Origin: an uncultured virus (IMG/VR IMGVR_UViG_3300043425_000347)
Taxonomy: Duplodnaviria > Heunggongvirae > Uroviricota > Caudoviricetes
IMG/VR virus record: IMGVR_UViG_3300043425_000347
Length of the DNA stretch: 64,000 bases
Direction: 5' to 3' (one strand)
Position numbers and translations under genes: made by a program. The notes beneath the pieces were generated by a model, which saw only the letters and a program-made list of their open reading frames with translations, was not told the DNA's origin and did not search any database. Shown here in pieces: positions 53,690 to 62,056 of the stretch. Each line of letters begins with the position of its first letter. Position 1 is the stretch's first letter.

Positions 53690-56133
53690 TGGTTACCGGG
53701 ACCTTTCCTTTGGTTTTGGGCAGCAGCCTGTTGTCTGCTTCTTGCGATGTCAACGCCCATGCGGACGCCGTCACGTTCTTGGTCAGCTTCCAGCTTGTCG
53801 GCCTTATAGGCAGCGTCAATCTGCAGCGCTTTTTCCTTGAGTTCCAGCTCGTCGGCTTTGGCTGCGGCGTCAATCTGGAGTTTCTTCTCCTTGAGCGCCA
53901 ACTCGCCTTGTTTGATTTGCAACTCCTGCTGTTGCATTTGTACAACAGGGTCTTGCTGTTGCTGCTGCGCTTGCTGTTGAGCCGCTTGCGCTTGGCTTTG
54001 CTGCAACACCTGCTGGGCGGCTTGGGCCATCATGCCGGACAGGGCGATCTCAATCTGAGGTGGCAGCTTCTCGTCTTCGGGAGGCAGGGGCATCCCCAAC
54101 TGCTGCTCGATCTTCTGGCGGTAGCCGAAGCCAACGTGCTCTGCGATGTGGGCCATCATGGCCGCTTGAATCTGCGGTGCGCGGGGGTTTTGGCCCACCA
54201 ACTGCATGATGATCGGGTCCTGCATGGCCGACATGTGCACTTGGATATGCGCCTGATGGTCTTGATACTGGAACGCCTTTAAGGGTTTACCCTTAAGTGC
54301 GTTCATGTTCTCTGACACTGGGTCGGTCGGCTTTTGGTCTTCTTCCAGCGGCACGAGCTTGTCGGCGTTTTTGATGCCCAGCACCTCCAGCATCCCCCGG
54401 TGCAGCTTGGGCAAGTCATAAATGTCAGGCGCAGACTGCGCCAACTGGATCACAGCCTGATACTGCACCACACGCTGGGACAGTGTGGCTGCGTTTGGGT
54501 CGCTCACGGGCAGGATGTCCACGTGGCGGTAGTCGCTCTTCTTGGCCCGTGGGCCTTGTTCGCCGTCCGGCTCGTAGGTGTACTCGTCGTCGGTGTAGTC
54601 GCGGATGATGACTGCCAGCAGCTGGAGTTCTTGCTTCAGTGTGAAGTGCACACGGGCCTGAACAGCCGTCATGACCTTGAGTTGGCGCTCCAGCAAAGCC
54701 AGAGTTGAGCCCACAGGCGCGTTGGCACCCATGTCGCTGATCTTCATGTCAGCGGTCGCGGCGAACCTGCGGCCCTCTTCCACCACGGTGTTGAGCAGCT
54801 GGTACAAAGTCTGTGATGGGTCTTTGTAAGGCAGCGGTAAGATGTTGTCGCGGATATTGCCCGAGCCCACATCCACGTCGCGGAACTCACCCGGAGCGAT
54901 CGGCGTGTCGTCGCCCTTGATCCGCAGACCACGGGACTTCAAACCGCCGGGCAGGTTGGACAGCGTACCTGCGTCGATCAACTGACGCATGAGGGACGTT
55001 GCGGAATTGGCAAACCCACCGATCAGGTGGAACAGACCGAAGCCATACGCCCCGAAGCCGGGGATGTACTGGTAGTGCACGAAGTGCTGACGCTTCAAGT
55101 GCAGGCTGTCGTCCTCGTTCCAGTTGCGGCGGATGGCCAGCACGGTGTTTGAGCCACGGATGTACGTGACCACGTACGGCAGCGCAATCCCAACAGGCTC
55201 ACCGTCATCGTCCTTCTCGCACAGCGGGTCGCCCTTGAGCACCAAGTCCACGTGGCTCTCGCACAGCGTGAAGCGCTCGTCGTTCAGGTCGGCAAAGCCG
55301 GTCTCTTTGTCCTTGGCCTTGTTGATCTCGTCGATCGCCTTGTCGGGGGAGCCGATGTCTACGTCGCGGTAAAAGCCAGCCTGCTGGAGTTTGATGATCT
55401 CGTTTTCGGTCTTGCGCATGACGTGCGTGACGCGGTAGCAAGTCTGGATGTCCGAGGTGCCGTAGGGCAGCAAAATGTCTTCGGCAGGAATAAATACAGA
55501 CGTTTGACGGCCAAAGTTGGGGTCGAAGTAGACCTTTTTGAACGCCGAGCCGGTGGCTGGCAAGCTCCACAGCATGCGCTCGTGCTCTGGGCGGAACTCC
55601 TGCATGACCTCCGTCAGCTGGAAATTCATGTCCTCTTGGACGCGCATGGCGGCGTCTTTCTTCTCAGGCGTCTCTTTGCCGATGATTTTGGTCCGTACGG
55701 GACCCATGGCAGGGAAGGTTTCCGTGATGGTTTCGCTCTGGAAGCGCACCACCGCCTCTGTGATCATCGGGTGGAACACGCCGGACGCGCCATCCCAAGG
55801 CTCTGTGCGCTCCTCGATCTGCAAACCCAAGAGTTTTAAGCCCGTGACGTAGGCTTTCTCCCACTCTTTGCGGGAGTTGCGGTCGTTCTCAATGTCCGAG
55901 ACCAAGTCCGTGATCATGGTCGCCATCTGGTTCTCGGGCAGGTACTCGGCCAAGTTGGCATCGAAGTCGTCGATGCTGGGCTCGCCCTTCTCTATGCTGA
56001 TCTCCACATCACCCATGTCGATGTTCACAGCCTCCGGGTCCACGATCTCAATTTCGATCGGCTCTTCCATGTCGCCTGCGGCGTCGATGCCCATGGGCTG
56101 CTGGTAGAGGGCTTTGTCAATGTTGGTCGCCAT
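53686..56133 (-). CDS. portal protein (P22-like)
   Basis: 815 aa after TerL; SR.EWE, GSAFKKVY.D, YGFGL, Gln-rich C-terminal barrel. Confidence 0.88.
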   Translation of the reverse strand: MATNIDKALYQQPMGIDAAGDMEEPIEIEIVDPEAVNIDMGDVEISIEKGEPSIDDFDANLAEYLPENQMATMITDLVSDIENDRNSRKEWEKAYVTGLKLLGLQIEERTEPWDGASGVFHPMITEAVVRFQSETITETFPAMGPVRTKIIGKETPEKKDAAMRVQEDMNFQLTEVMQEFRPEHERMLWSLPATGSAFKKVYFDPNFGRQTSVFIPAEDILLPYGTSDIQTCYRVTHVMRKTENEIIKLQQAGFYRDVDIGSPDKAIDEINKAKDKETGFADLNDERFTLCESHVDLVLKGDPLCEKDDDGEPVGIALPYVVTYIRGSNTVLAIRRNWNEDDSLHLKRQHFVHYQYIPGFGAYGFGLFHLIGGFANSATSLMRQLIDAGTLSNLPGGLKSRGLRIKGDDTPIAPGEFRDVDVGSGNIRDNILPLPYKDPSQTLYQLLNTVVEEGRRFAATADMKISDMGANAPVGSTLALLERQLKVMTAVQARVHFTLKQELQLLAVIIRDYTDDEYTYEPDGEQGPRAKKSDYRHVDILPVSDPNAATLSQRVVQYQAVIQLAQSAPDIYDLPKLHRGMLEVLGIKNADKLVPLEEDQKPTDPVSENMNALKGKPLKAFQYQDHQAHIQVHMSAMQDPIIMQLVGQNPRAPQIQAAMMAHIAEHVGFGYRQKIEQQLGMPLPPEDEKLPPQIEIALSGMMAQAAQQVLQQSQAQAAQQQAQQQQQDPVVQMQQQELQIKQGELALKEKKLQIDAAAKADELELKEKALQIDAAYKADKLEADQERDGVRMGVDIARSRQQAAAQNQRKGPGNQ

Positions 56134-56141
56134 GTGTGTTC

Positions 56142-57674
56142 CTAGTAGTACGCCGCCCTGCGGCGCATGAATGTGCGGTCTTCCTGCTCGTCAGAGTCAA
56201 GGGGGATAAACCCGCCCCGGCGGAAGCGTAACAGTGCTTGAGATGTGGTGTCAACGTAGTCGTCGTTCTCTCCGTTGGGGAACGATGCAACTTCCTCAAT
56301 CACCTCGCGTGCCCACCGAGTGTCTGGAGCCCAGACCACGCCAGAGGCAAAAAGGTCCGCCACCGCGTTGAGCCGGACAATTTTATCGTTGCCGCGACTG
56401 GGGCTGAACTCCTCGACCGGGATACCCACGGCCCGAAGCTCTTGGATCAGCGGCGCACCAGCGGCTTTCTTCTCAACAATGAACGCATCTGGCGACCACT
56501 CTTTATAGTGTTTGAGCGCAATCGCTTTCAACTCCGGGAACGCCATCCGGTCTTTGAACGCGTCCAGCAGGATCACCTGCGCCTGATCGCGCTCTTCCTC
56601 GTTGTAGAACACCCCCCACGTGGTGCACGCAGAATAGTCAGCCGTGGTCTTGGCTTCAAACGCCGTATCCCAGCTCTGGATGATGTAGTCGCAGCGGGGC
56701 GGCTCATCGCCCTCCCATACCCGCCAAGACGTGCGCGAGATGATCGCTGCGCTGTTGCTGGTGGGCTGCTGCATGTACTGGGCGTTCCAGTACTGGGGGT
56801 CAATGCTGGCTTTTGTCGCCTTGAGGGTGGCCAGTGGCCACTGCTCTGGCCAGAGCGACTTCTCGTTGTCCGTACCCTCGTTGAGAATTGCGGGGAGTTC
56901 GACTATCTCCCACGGCTCAGCGTCAGGATTCTTGGCTTGGTAGTCGATCAGGCGTCCAGTCAGGTCCAGCTTGCCCCAGCGCGTCATCACAATGATGATC
57001 GCACCGCCGGGCATCAGTCGCTGCAGCGGCCCCGTCTGGAACCAAGACCACGCAGTGTCGAACGCCAGCCTTGAGTTGGCCTTAACGTCCTGCTCCGAGT
57101 GAGGATCGTCAATAACGAACAAATCAGCACCACGACCAGCAAGAGCGCCGCCGACACCAGCAGCATAGTACTGACCGCCAGCACTTGTAGACCACTTACC
57201 GGCAGCTTTTTGATCGTCGGCCACCAGTGTTTGTGGAAAAAGACCATGGTAGTCCTCGTCAGCCAGCAAATTTCGCACCCGGCGACCGAAGTCTTCCGAC
57301 AAACCCGCCGTATGGGTGCCCATGATGATCTTCTTCTGGGGGAAGTTGCCCAAGAAGAACGCCGGGAACAGGTATGAGCTGAACTCAGACTTACCCATAC
57401 GTGGCGCGATGTTGATGATCACGCGTTTTTTGGTTCCGGCGATCACTTCGGAGAAGATTTTGGCCAGCTTCCTGTGGTGCGGCCCGATTTTGAAGCCCGG
57501 ATACACGCTCTTGGCGAACTCGATCATGTCGGTTCGCGCCAGATTTCTCTGCTGGTGCTCCTGCGCCTTGTCCAGCAGCTCCAACGCCTCCAGCTTCTCG
57601 GCAGCCGTGAGCTTGCCAAGGTTTTTGAACAGCGCCGAGGCTTGTTCAGGCGTCAGTGGCGGGTTGGTCGTCAT
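56142..57674 (-). CDS. terL: terminase large subunit
   Basis: Walker A APRMGKSE, Walker B LFVIDDPH, MTRW, nuclease SWDTA...DYSA...DDYVD. Confidence 0.95.
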   Translation of the reverse strand: MTTNPPLTPEQASALFKNLGKLTAAEKLEALELLDKAQEHQQRNLARTDMIEFAKSVYPGFKIGPHHRKLAKIFSEVIAGTKKRVIINIAPRMGKSEFSSYLFPAFFLGNFPQKKIIMGTHTAGLSEDFGRRVRNLLADEDYHGLFPQTLVADDQKAAGKWSTSAGGQYYAAGVGGALAGRGADLFVIDDPHSEQDVKANSRLAFDTAWSWFQTGPLQRLMPGGAIIIVMTRWGKLDLTGRLIDYQAKNPDAEPWEIVELPAILNEGTDNEKSLWPEQWPLATLKATKASIDPQYWNAQYMQQPTSNSAAIISRTSWRVWEGDEPPRCDYIIQSWDTAFEAKTTADYSACTTWGVFYNEEERDQAQVILLDAFKDRMAFPELKAIALKHYKEWSPDAFIVEKKAAGAPLIQELRAVGIPVEEFSPSRGNDKIVRLNAVADLFASGVVWAPDTRWAREVIEEVASFPNGENDDYVDTTSQALLRFRRGGFIPLDSDEQEDRTFMRRRAAYY

Positions 57675-58248
57675 CTGCGGGGGTGATTTCGGTGATGTCC
57701 GTGACTTCGGCGTCTGAGACGTTCATGAACTTGGCCAGCTTTTCTTTCAGGCGCTTGTCGATTTCGTCTTCGGTCATGTCGGTCTTCTTGACCTCGATCT
57801 TCTCAGTGAACAGGCCCACCTCTGTGACCTTGCCCAAAAGCCCAAGCGCCTTCAGGCGGATGTTGGCGTTGGGGTTTTCACAGTCTTCCAGCAGTTTGGC
57901 CACGGCGTACCCGCGCAGCTCCTTGGCTTGGTGGACAAATTCCCAGTCGTAGGCCGTCAGCATCCCCACCAGATGGCGCACAGCCGCAGGCGTCTCGATC
58001 TTGGAGACCATTTCATGCTGCGTGGTGATGGGGGAGGCGGTGGTCATGGCCGAGAAAGTTTCCCGCGCCTGCTGCTTTTCCAACTCGGAGACCGCCGTTT
58101 CGGCGTCTGGGACTCCCATTTCCTTGAGCCAGTCATTGGTGCTGATCTTGCCGTTGAGAAGTTCAACGGGCGGTACCTTCTCCGCAGGAGACGGCGCTTG
58201 TGACTTTGGCAAAACTTCGGGATCGAAGTCAAGGAGGTGGTCTAACAT
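57646..58248 (-). CDS. probable terminase small subunit
   Basis: Immediately upstream of TerL; RLKALGLLGK...VGLF. Confidence 0.6.
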   Translation of the reverse strand: MLDHLLDFDPEVLPKSQAPSPAEKVPPVELLNGKISTNDWLKEMGVPDAETAVSELEKQQARETFSAMTTASPITTQHEMVSKIETPAAVRHLVGMLTAYDWEFVHQAKELRGYAVAKLLEDCENPNANIRLKALGLLGKVTEVGLFTEKIEVKKTDMTEDEIDKRLKEKLAKFMNVSDAEVTDITEITPADDDQPATDA

Positions 58249-58280
58249 TTGGTCCTGACGGCTAAGGCCGGAGTTGCGGG

Positions 58281-58329
58281 TTGCTGTCCCGATGGCCGAA
58301 GTATATACTCACATCCGGCACTGGCGCAA
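58281..58329. promoter_or_regulatory. putative bidirectional sigma70 promoter around palindrome AGTATATACT
   Basis: + strand TTGCTG(58281-86)-17-TATACT(58304-09); - strand TTGCGC(58329-24)-18-TATACT(58305-00). Confidence 0.6.
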
Positions 58330-58401
58330 CTTGTTGTTCCTTTGCTTTCTCCTTGGGTCAAGCGACCCTCTTTAGCCCCGGCCAAAAGCCGGGGTTTTTT
58401 T
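58316..58401 (+). ncRNA. candidate trans-acting sRNA antisense to early-gene ribosome-binding sites
   Basis: Promoter upstream; seed TTGTTGTTCCTTTGCTTTCTCCTTG; hairpin GGGTC-AAGC-GACCC; intrinsic terminator; no plausible ORF of its own; 5' end inferred. Confidence 0.6.
58375..58401 (+). terminator. intrinsic terminator GCCCCGGC-CAAAA-GCCGGGGT-T6
   Basis: GC stem plus U-tract on the + strand, with no credible + strand gene upstream. Confidence 0.8.
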
Positions 58402-58720
58402 ATGCTTAGTTTTTTTCAAAAATTTTTAGAAATTTTTTGGGGCGGGCCGTGTTGTCAAAACTTAGACAAAACTGTGGCTGGATTTTTAAAATAATAGTTA
58501 GGTATTACAGAAGTAGTGGGAGCGGGTGAGGAACAGTGTTGTACTACGCGGCTGTGTTCGGCTCCAATAGTGGCCTATGGGGGTATGGTGGGGTCAGGAA
58601 AGTGGCCTTTTTGCATAGGAAATCGGGCTATCGAGGGCTATCAAACGGGGGTTGCCGGAAACTAGGGTTTGTCGAATGGGGACTGGCCCCAAGAGACACT
58701 CAACCCAACGGAGAAATACT

Positions 58721-59131
58721 ATGTCGAAACTGACCATTCAACAATTTGCCTTCAACACTGGCGCAATGAGCCGCAAAGTGCGTGATGCTGCCGACCCCTT
58801 CCATGCGGCCTACCTTGGGGCGACACCTGAGCAACGCAAAGACCTGCGCCATCGCTGGATGCTTGGCCACCTTGAGGGCCAAGGCTTCAAGGGCGTAGAG
58901 AGAATTCTCTCTGAGGGCAAAGGCGCTGGGGCCAAGCCTGAGCACGTCAAGGCTATCGACCGGGCTTCGAGCGACTTCCGCTACATGGTCGTGCGCCCCG
59001 AGACCAAACCCGCCGAGCCAGCCAAGTCCATGCGCCTGAGCCGTGACGTGCGTGCCGCTGCCGAAGCCTACCTTGCCCAGTTCGACAACGTGGCCGATGC
59101 AATCAAGGCTTTGCGTGCCGTGGCCAAGTAA
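58721..59131 (+). CDS. hypothetical protein, first gene of the early block
   Basis: GGAGAAA RBS; Ala/Lys-rich. Confidence 0.65.
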   Translation: MSKLTIQQFAFNTGAMSRKVRDAADPFHAAYLGATPEQRKDLRHRWMLGHLEGQGFKGVERILSEGKGAGAKPEHVKAIDRASSDFRYMVVRPETKPAEPAKSMRLSRDVRAAAEAYLAQFDNVADAIKALRAVAK

Positions 59132-59244
59132 ATGCGAATGATTCTCAGAGAGATTTCTCTCTCGAATTCAACGGGCGGGGCTGGCCCGTTGTTCCTCCCC
59201 ATGTCAAACCACGCCTAGCCAGCGTGCCCTTTGGAGAAACAGCC

Positions 59245-59433
59245 ATGTTCTGCTACGCAGTATTTCACAACAACACCCAAGTCAGGGTGTACCCATACGA
59301 CAGCGTGGGTAACGACTGGCAACGGGCGAGAGCACTCGCCATAGCCCTTGCTGAGAAGGCCGAGACAAACGGCTACCACTACACAGTCGAGCACTTCGGC
59401 GCGACTGATGTTGGCAAAACAATCTGGAAATAA
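59245..59433 (+). CDS. hypothetical protein
   Basis: GGAGAAA RBS. Confidence 0.5.
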   Translation: MFCYAVFHNNTQVRVYPYDSVGNDWQRARALAIALAEKAETNGYHYTVEHFGATDVGKTIWK

Positions 59434-59445
59434 GGAGAAACTTCC

Positions 59446-59673
59446 ATGCGTAACCACAAGCAACCCCACATCGAGACCCTGTGCCAGTGGCGTGACCAAG
59501 CAGGCGCACTCTGGTGCGCTCAGACCTACTACCCCAACGGCAAACGTGACACAACCTACACCATCCACCTCGTGAGCATGGTCGGCACCACCATCAGCAT
59601 CCCCTGCGCCTCAGTCTCCCAGCTGTGGCACGAGGTCAACATCCGCCAGCAACAAGCGTTGCCCGGCTTTTGA
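59446..59673 (+). CDS. hypothetical protein
   Basis: AAGGAGAAA RBS. Confidence 0.55.
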   Translation: MRNHKQPHIETLCQWRDQAGALWCAQTYYPNGKRDTTYTIHLVSMVGTTISIPCASVSQLWHEVNIRQQQALPGF

Positions 59674-59699
59674 GAGAGAATTCTCTCTGGCACAACTTT

Positions 59700-60060
59700 A
59701 GTTCACGCTTTTTGGGACTGTCCGAACCTCCATCGGGCGGACGCCCGAAAAGACAGCGTAAGTCGTTGATTTGTAAAGGCCTTTGTCTTTTCTTGTCCCC
59801 TCTATATATATCTATTAAATAATATAAAGATAAGGAAACTGTTTTTATATGTGTGGAGAAAAGCGTATGTTAAAAAAATTAAGTTCAGTCGTTGAGACCC
59901 CACAAAAAATACAGCTAGGAGGGACAAGAACGTGGCCAGCCCAGTATCCATGCGGGTTTCCAGTGTCCAACACAGCGTCCGCGTGAAGGAGGGTCGGACA
60001 CTTACTGCGTACAACACAGATTACTTCGATGTAATCTCCTATACAATCGACAGGCCAACA
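59700..60060. other. non-coding AT-rich element, candidate replication origin; IHF consensus at 59759-59771
   Basis: AT-rich core about 59800-59885 flanked by inverted TTCTTGTCCC/GGGACAAGAA; AATCAACGACTTA on the - strand fits WATCAANNNNTTR. Confidence 0.5.
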
Positions 60061-60087
60061 ACATCAACCCTCAAAACAGGAGCAATC

Positions 60088-60993
60088 ATGAGCGATCCGT
60101 ACAAGAAATACGCAGGCTACGCCTACCGGGAACTGCGAAGCAAGCTACTGCGTGACGGCGAACCACCCGAAACAGTTGACCTGACCATCGCCAACATCAA
60201 GCTGCAACGCAGTGCCCAGAGCATTGCCAAGCGACAGAAGAAAGAGTCCGACAGGCAGTGGGGCGAAGTGATCGAAGCCCTGCAACATGAGCGCCGGATT
60301 GTGCGAAGCATGGTGCGCTACAAGACCAAGACCCCAGCGCCTGAGCGTGACGAGTTCGTGCAGGCCTACTTCACTGTGCTTACCAAGCTGTACGAGAAGC
60401 TGGAAAAGCTGCGGCGCGTTGACCGGGAACTGCCCGAGCACTCGCACTGGACAGACTTTGTGCCCGAGCGCACCAAAGAAACCTTCCGCATAGCCGCTGA
60501 CGAAGTGCCGCCCCGTGACCGGGCCAAGTTCAAGCAACCCTTCCAACGCACAAGCCCCATCGACCTGTGCAACAGACGAAGGGCACGACTCCTGCGCTAC
60601 ACACGGGCCACCTTGGAGACAACCATCGTGCGGCAGGACGAAGACCCGGGCAACCCGAAGTTACCCCGCAAGGAGATGCTGTTGCGCGAAGCCATTAAAA
60701 GAGTGAACGCTTTGCCGGACAACGCCCACATACCCAACCATTGGGCGCAACTTGTGCCTGACCTGATGCGCTCGGATGATGACGACTCGATGCAGTCCGT
60801 GGTCAAGGCCAAGCCACCAAAGAGACGCGGCACGTTGACGCCTACCCCGATCAATGCAATGCCGATTGTGCAGAAGCTGACCGCAGACCTAGCGGAACAG
60901 CGCAAACAGCGGGCGCAGTTCATGGACCGCCAGTCTTTGGGCACAACGATCAAGCAACTGCTGGCCGTAACAGAAAAGCGCAATGACTCTTAA
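60088..60993 (+). CDS. hypothetical basic helical protein
   Basis: AGGAG RBS before MSDPYKK; 301 aa. Confidence 0.65.
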   Translation: MSDPYKKYAGYAYRELRSKLLRDGEPPETVDLTIANIKLQRSAQSIAKRQKKESDRQWGEVIEALQHERRIVRSMVRYKTKTPAPERDEFVQAYFTVLTKLYEKLEKLRRVDRELPEHSHWTDFVPERTKETFRIAADEVPPRDRAKFKQPFQRTSPIDLCNRRRARLLRYTRATLETTIVRQDEDPGNPKLPRKEMLLREAIKRVNALPDNAHIPNHWAQLVPDLMRSDDDDSMQSVVKAKPPKRRGTLTPTPINAMPIVQKLTADLAEQRKQRAQFMDRQSLGTTIKQLLAVTEKRNDS

Positions 60994-61083
60994 CGAGAGA
61001 GACTTTCTCTCTGACTTGGCTGTGCTATGCCGCCCACACAGCCGAGCCTACCCCAACGGGCGGCAACCCAAGGAGAAACATCC

Positions 61084-61302
61084 ATGACAACACTGACCGG
61101 ATCACAAATCGAGGCGGCTCGCCTCTTGACCCTACGCCAGATGCTGAAGCTGGAGCTCAAAGGACTGAGCAAGTCCCGTGGGCCAACGGCCTACTCAACG
61201 CTCAAGATGATGGGATGGAAAGGCACGAGAGAGAAAGTTCTCTCTGACCTTGACGCATGGCGTGATGACTTATTGACAACCAAAGGAGAAAGCAATGCTT
61301 GA
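61084..61302 (+). CDS. hypothetical protein (LKLE.KG..KSRG.TAY)
   Basis: ACCCAAGGAGAAA RBS. Confidence 0.6.
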   Translation: MTTLTGSQIEAARLLTLRQMLKLELKGLSKSRGPTAYSTLKMMGWKGTREKVLSDLDAWRDDLLTTKGESNA

Positions 61303-61504
61303 TTACACACCACACATGACAGAGAAACAACTCTACGAGGCAGCGTACAAGATGCGCCAAGGCGGCAGCTTTGCCTGCGCCATATCCGACGCGTTCTTTG
61401 TAGCAGACAAGAACAACCGCAAGAAACTGCTCTATGCGTTCGGCGATTTGTTCGTCGAGTTCGCACACACCCCATTCACACCAACCCAAGGAGAGCCAGC
61501 ATGA
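61295..61504 (+). CDS. conserved phage protein (GGSF...I..A...AD..N...L..AF)
   Basis: AAGGAGAAAGCAATG leader. Confidence 0.65.
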   Translation: MLDYTPHMTEKQLYEAAYKMRQGGSFACAISDAFFVADKNNRKKLLYAFGDLFVEFAHTPFTPTQGEPA

Positions 61505-61740
61505 ACGAAACACAACAACACTTCTTCGCCGCAAGCGTAATGCAATGGGTGACAACCAACGAGACGCGAGACTTACCCGCACTGCTCGACCTCATGAACA
61601 AGGACGGGTACACCTACAACCTGTTCCGTGTGCCCGGTAAGCACGACGCCACGTACAGCATCAAGATGTACCAGCCCCAAGTGGCGGGCACTGAGTGGCT
61701 CGGCACATTCACAGTACCAAAGAAGAAAGGACGCAAATGA
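61501..61740 (+). CDS. hypothetical protein
   Basis: AAGGAG RBS, coupled. Confidence 0.55.
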   Translation: MNETQQHFFAASVMQWVTTNETRDLPALLDLMNKDGYTYNLFRVPGKHDATYSIKMYQPQVAGTEWLGTFTVPKKKGRK

Positions 61741-61964
61741 ACTACGACCTCAATACCAAGGACGGCATGAACAACGCCGTTAAGTGGACGCAAGCCATGT
61801 TCGACACTGTCAACGATGGCGGTGTGTGGGTGGTGCCGCGTTCAATGACGATGGTACGCATCAACAAGAAAGACCGCATCGCAACGATCGTCGTTGGCTT
61901 TGCCCCCGACCCATCCCTACGCCAAGTCATCGAGGCTATGGGCTGGACTGTTGTCGTTGAGTGA
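61737..61964 (+). CDS. hypothetical protein (GGVW.VPRS)
   Basis: AAGGA RBS, coupled. Confidence 0.55.
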   Translation: MNYDLNTKDGMNNAVKWTQAMFDTVNDGGVWVVPRSMTMVRINKKDRIATIVVGFAPDPSLRQVIEAMGWTVVVE

Positions 61965-62056
61965 GATCAAGAGAGAGTTTCTCTCTGACGCCTTGATGGG
62001 TGGCGGCCATACCGGTATACCCATCATTCCAAACTTGAAACTAAGGAGAAAGCAAA

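Noticed and set aside
58310..58355. Reading AAGGAGAAAGCAAAGG on the - strand as the RBS of a gene upstream of terS
   Set aside because: The nearest downstream TTG gives only a 6-codon ORF (LRQCRM-stop), and the adjacent terminator is oriented for the + strand. This favours the antisense RNA reading but does not prove it.
58902..58907. GAATTC (EcoRI) cores as the meaning of the palindromes
   Set aside because: Only two of the seven copies have GAATTC at the centre; the conserved part is the AGAGAGA/TCTCTCT arms.
59932..60087. Upstream extension of the 60088..60993 ORF
   Set aside because: The RBS (AGGAG) precedes ATG 60088, and the extension overlaps the ori-like non-coding element.
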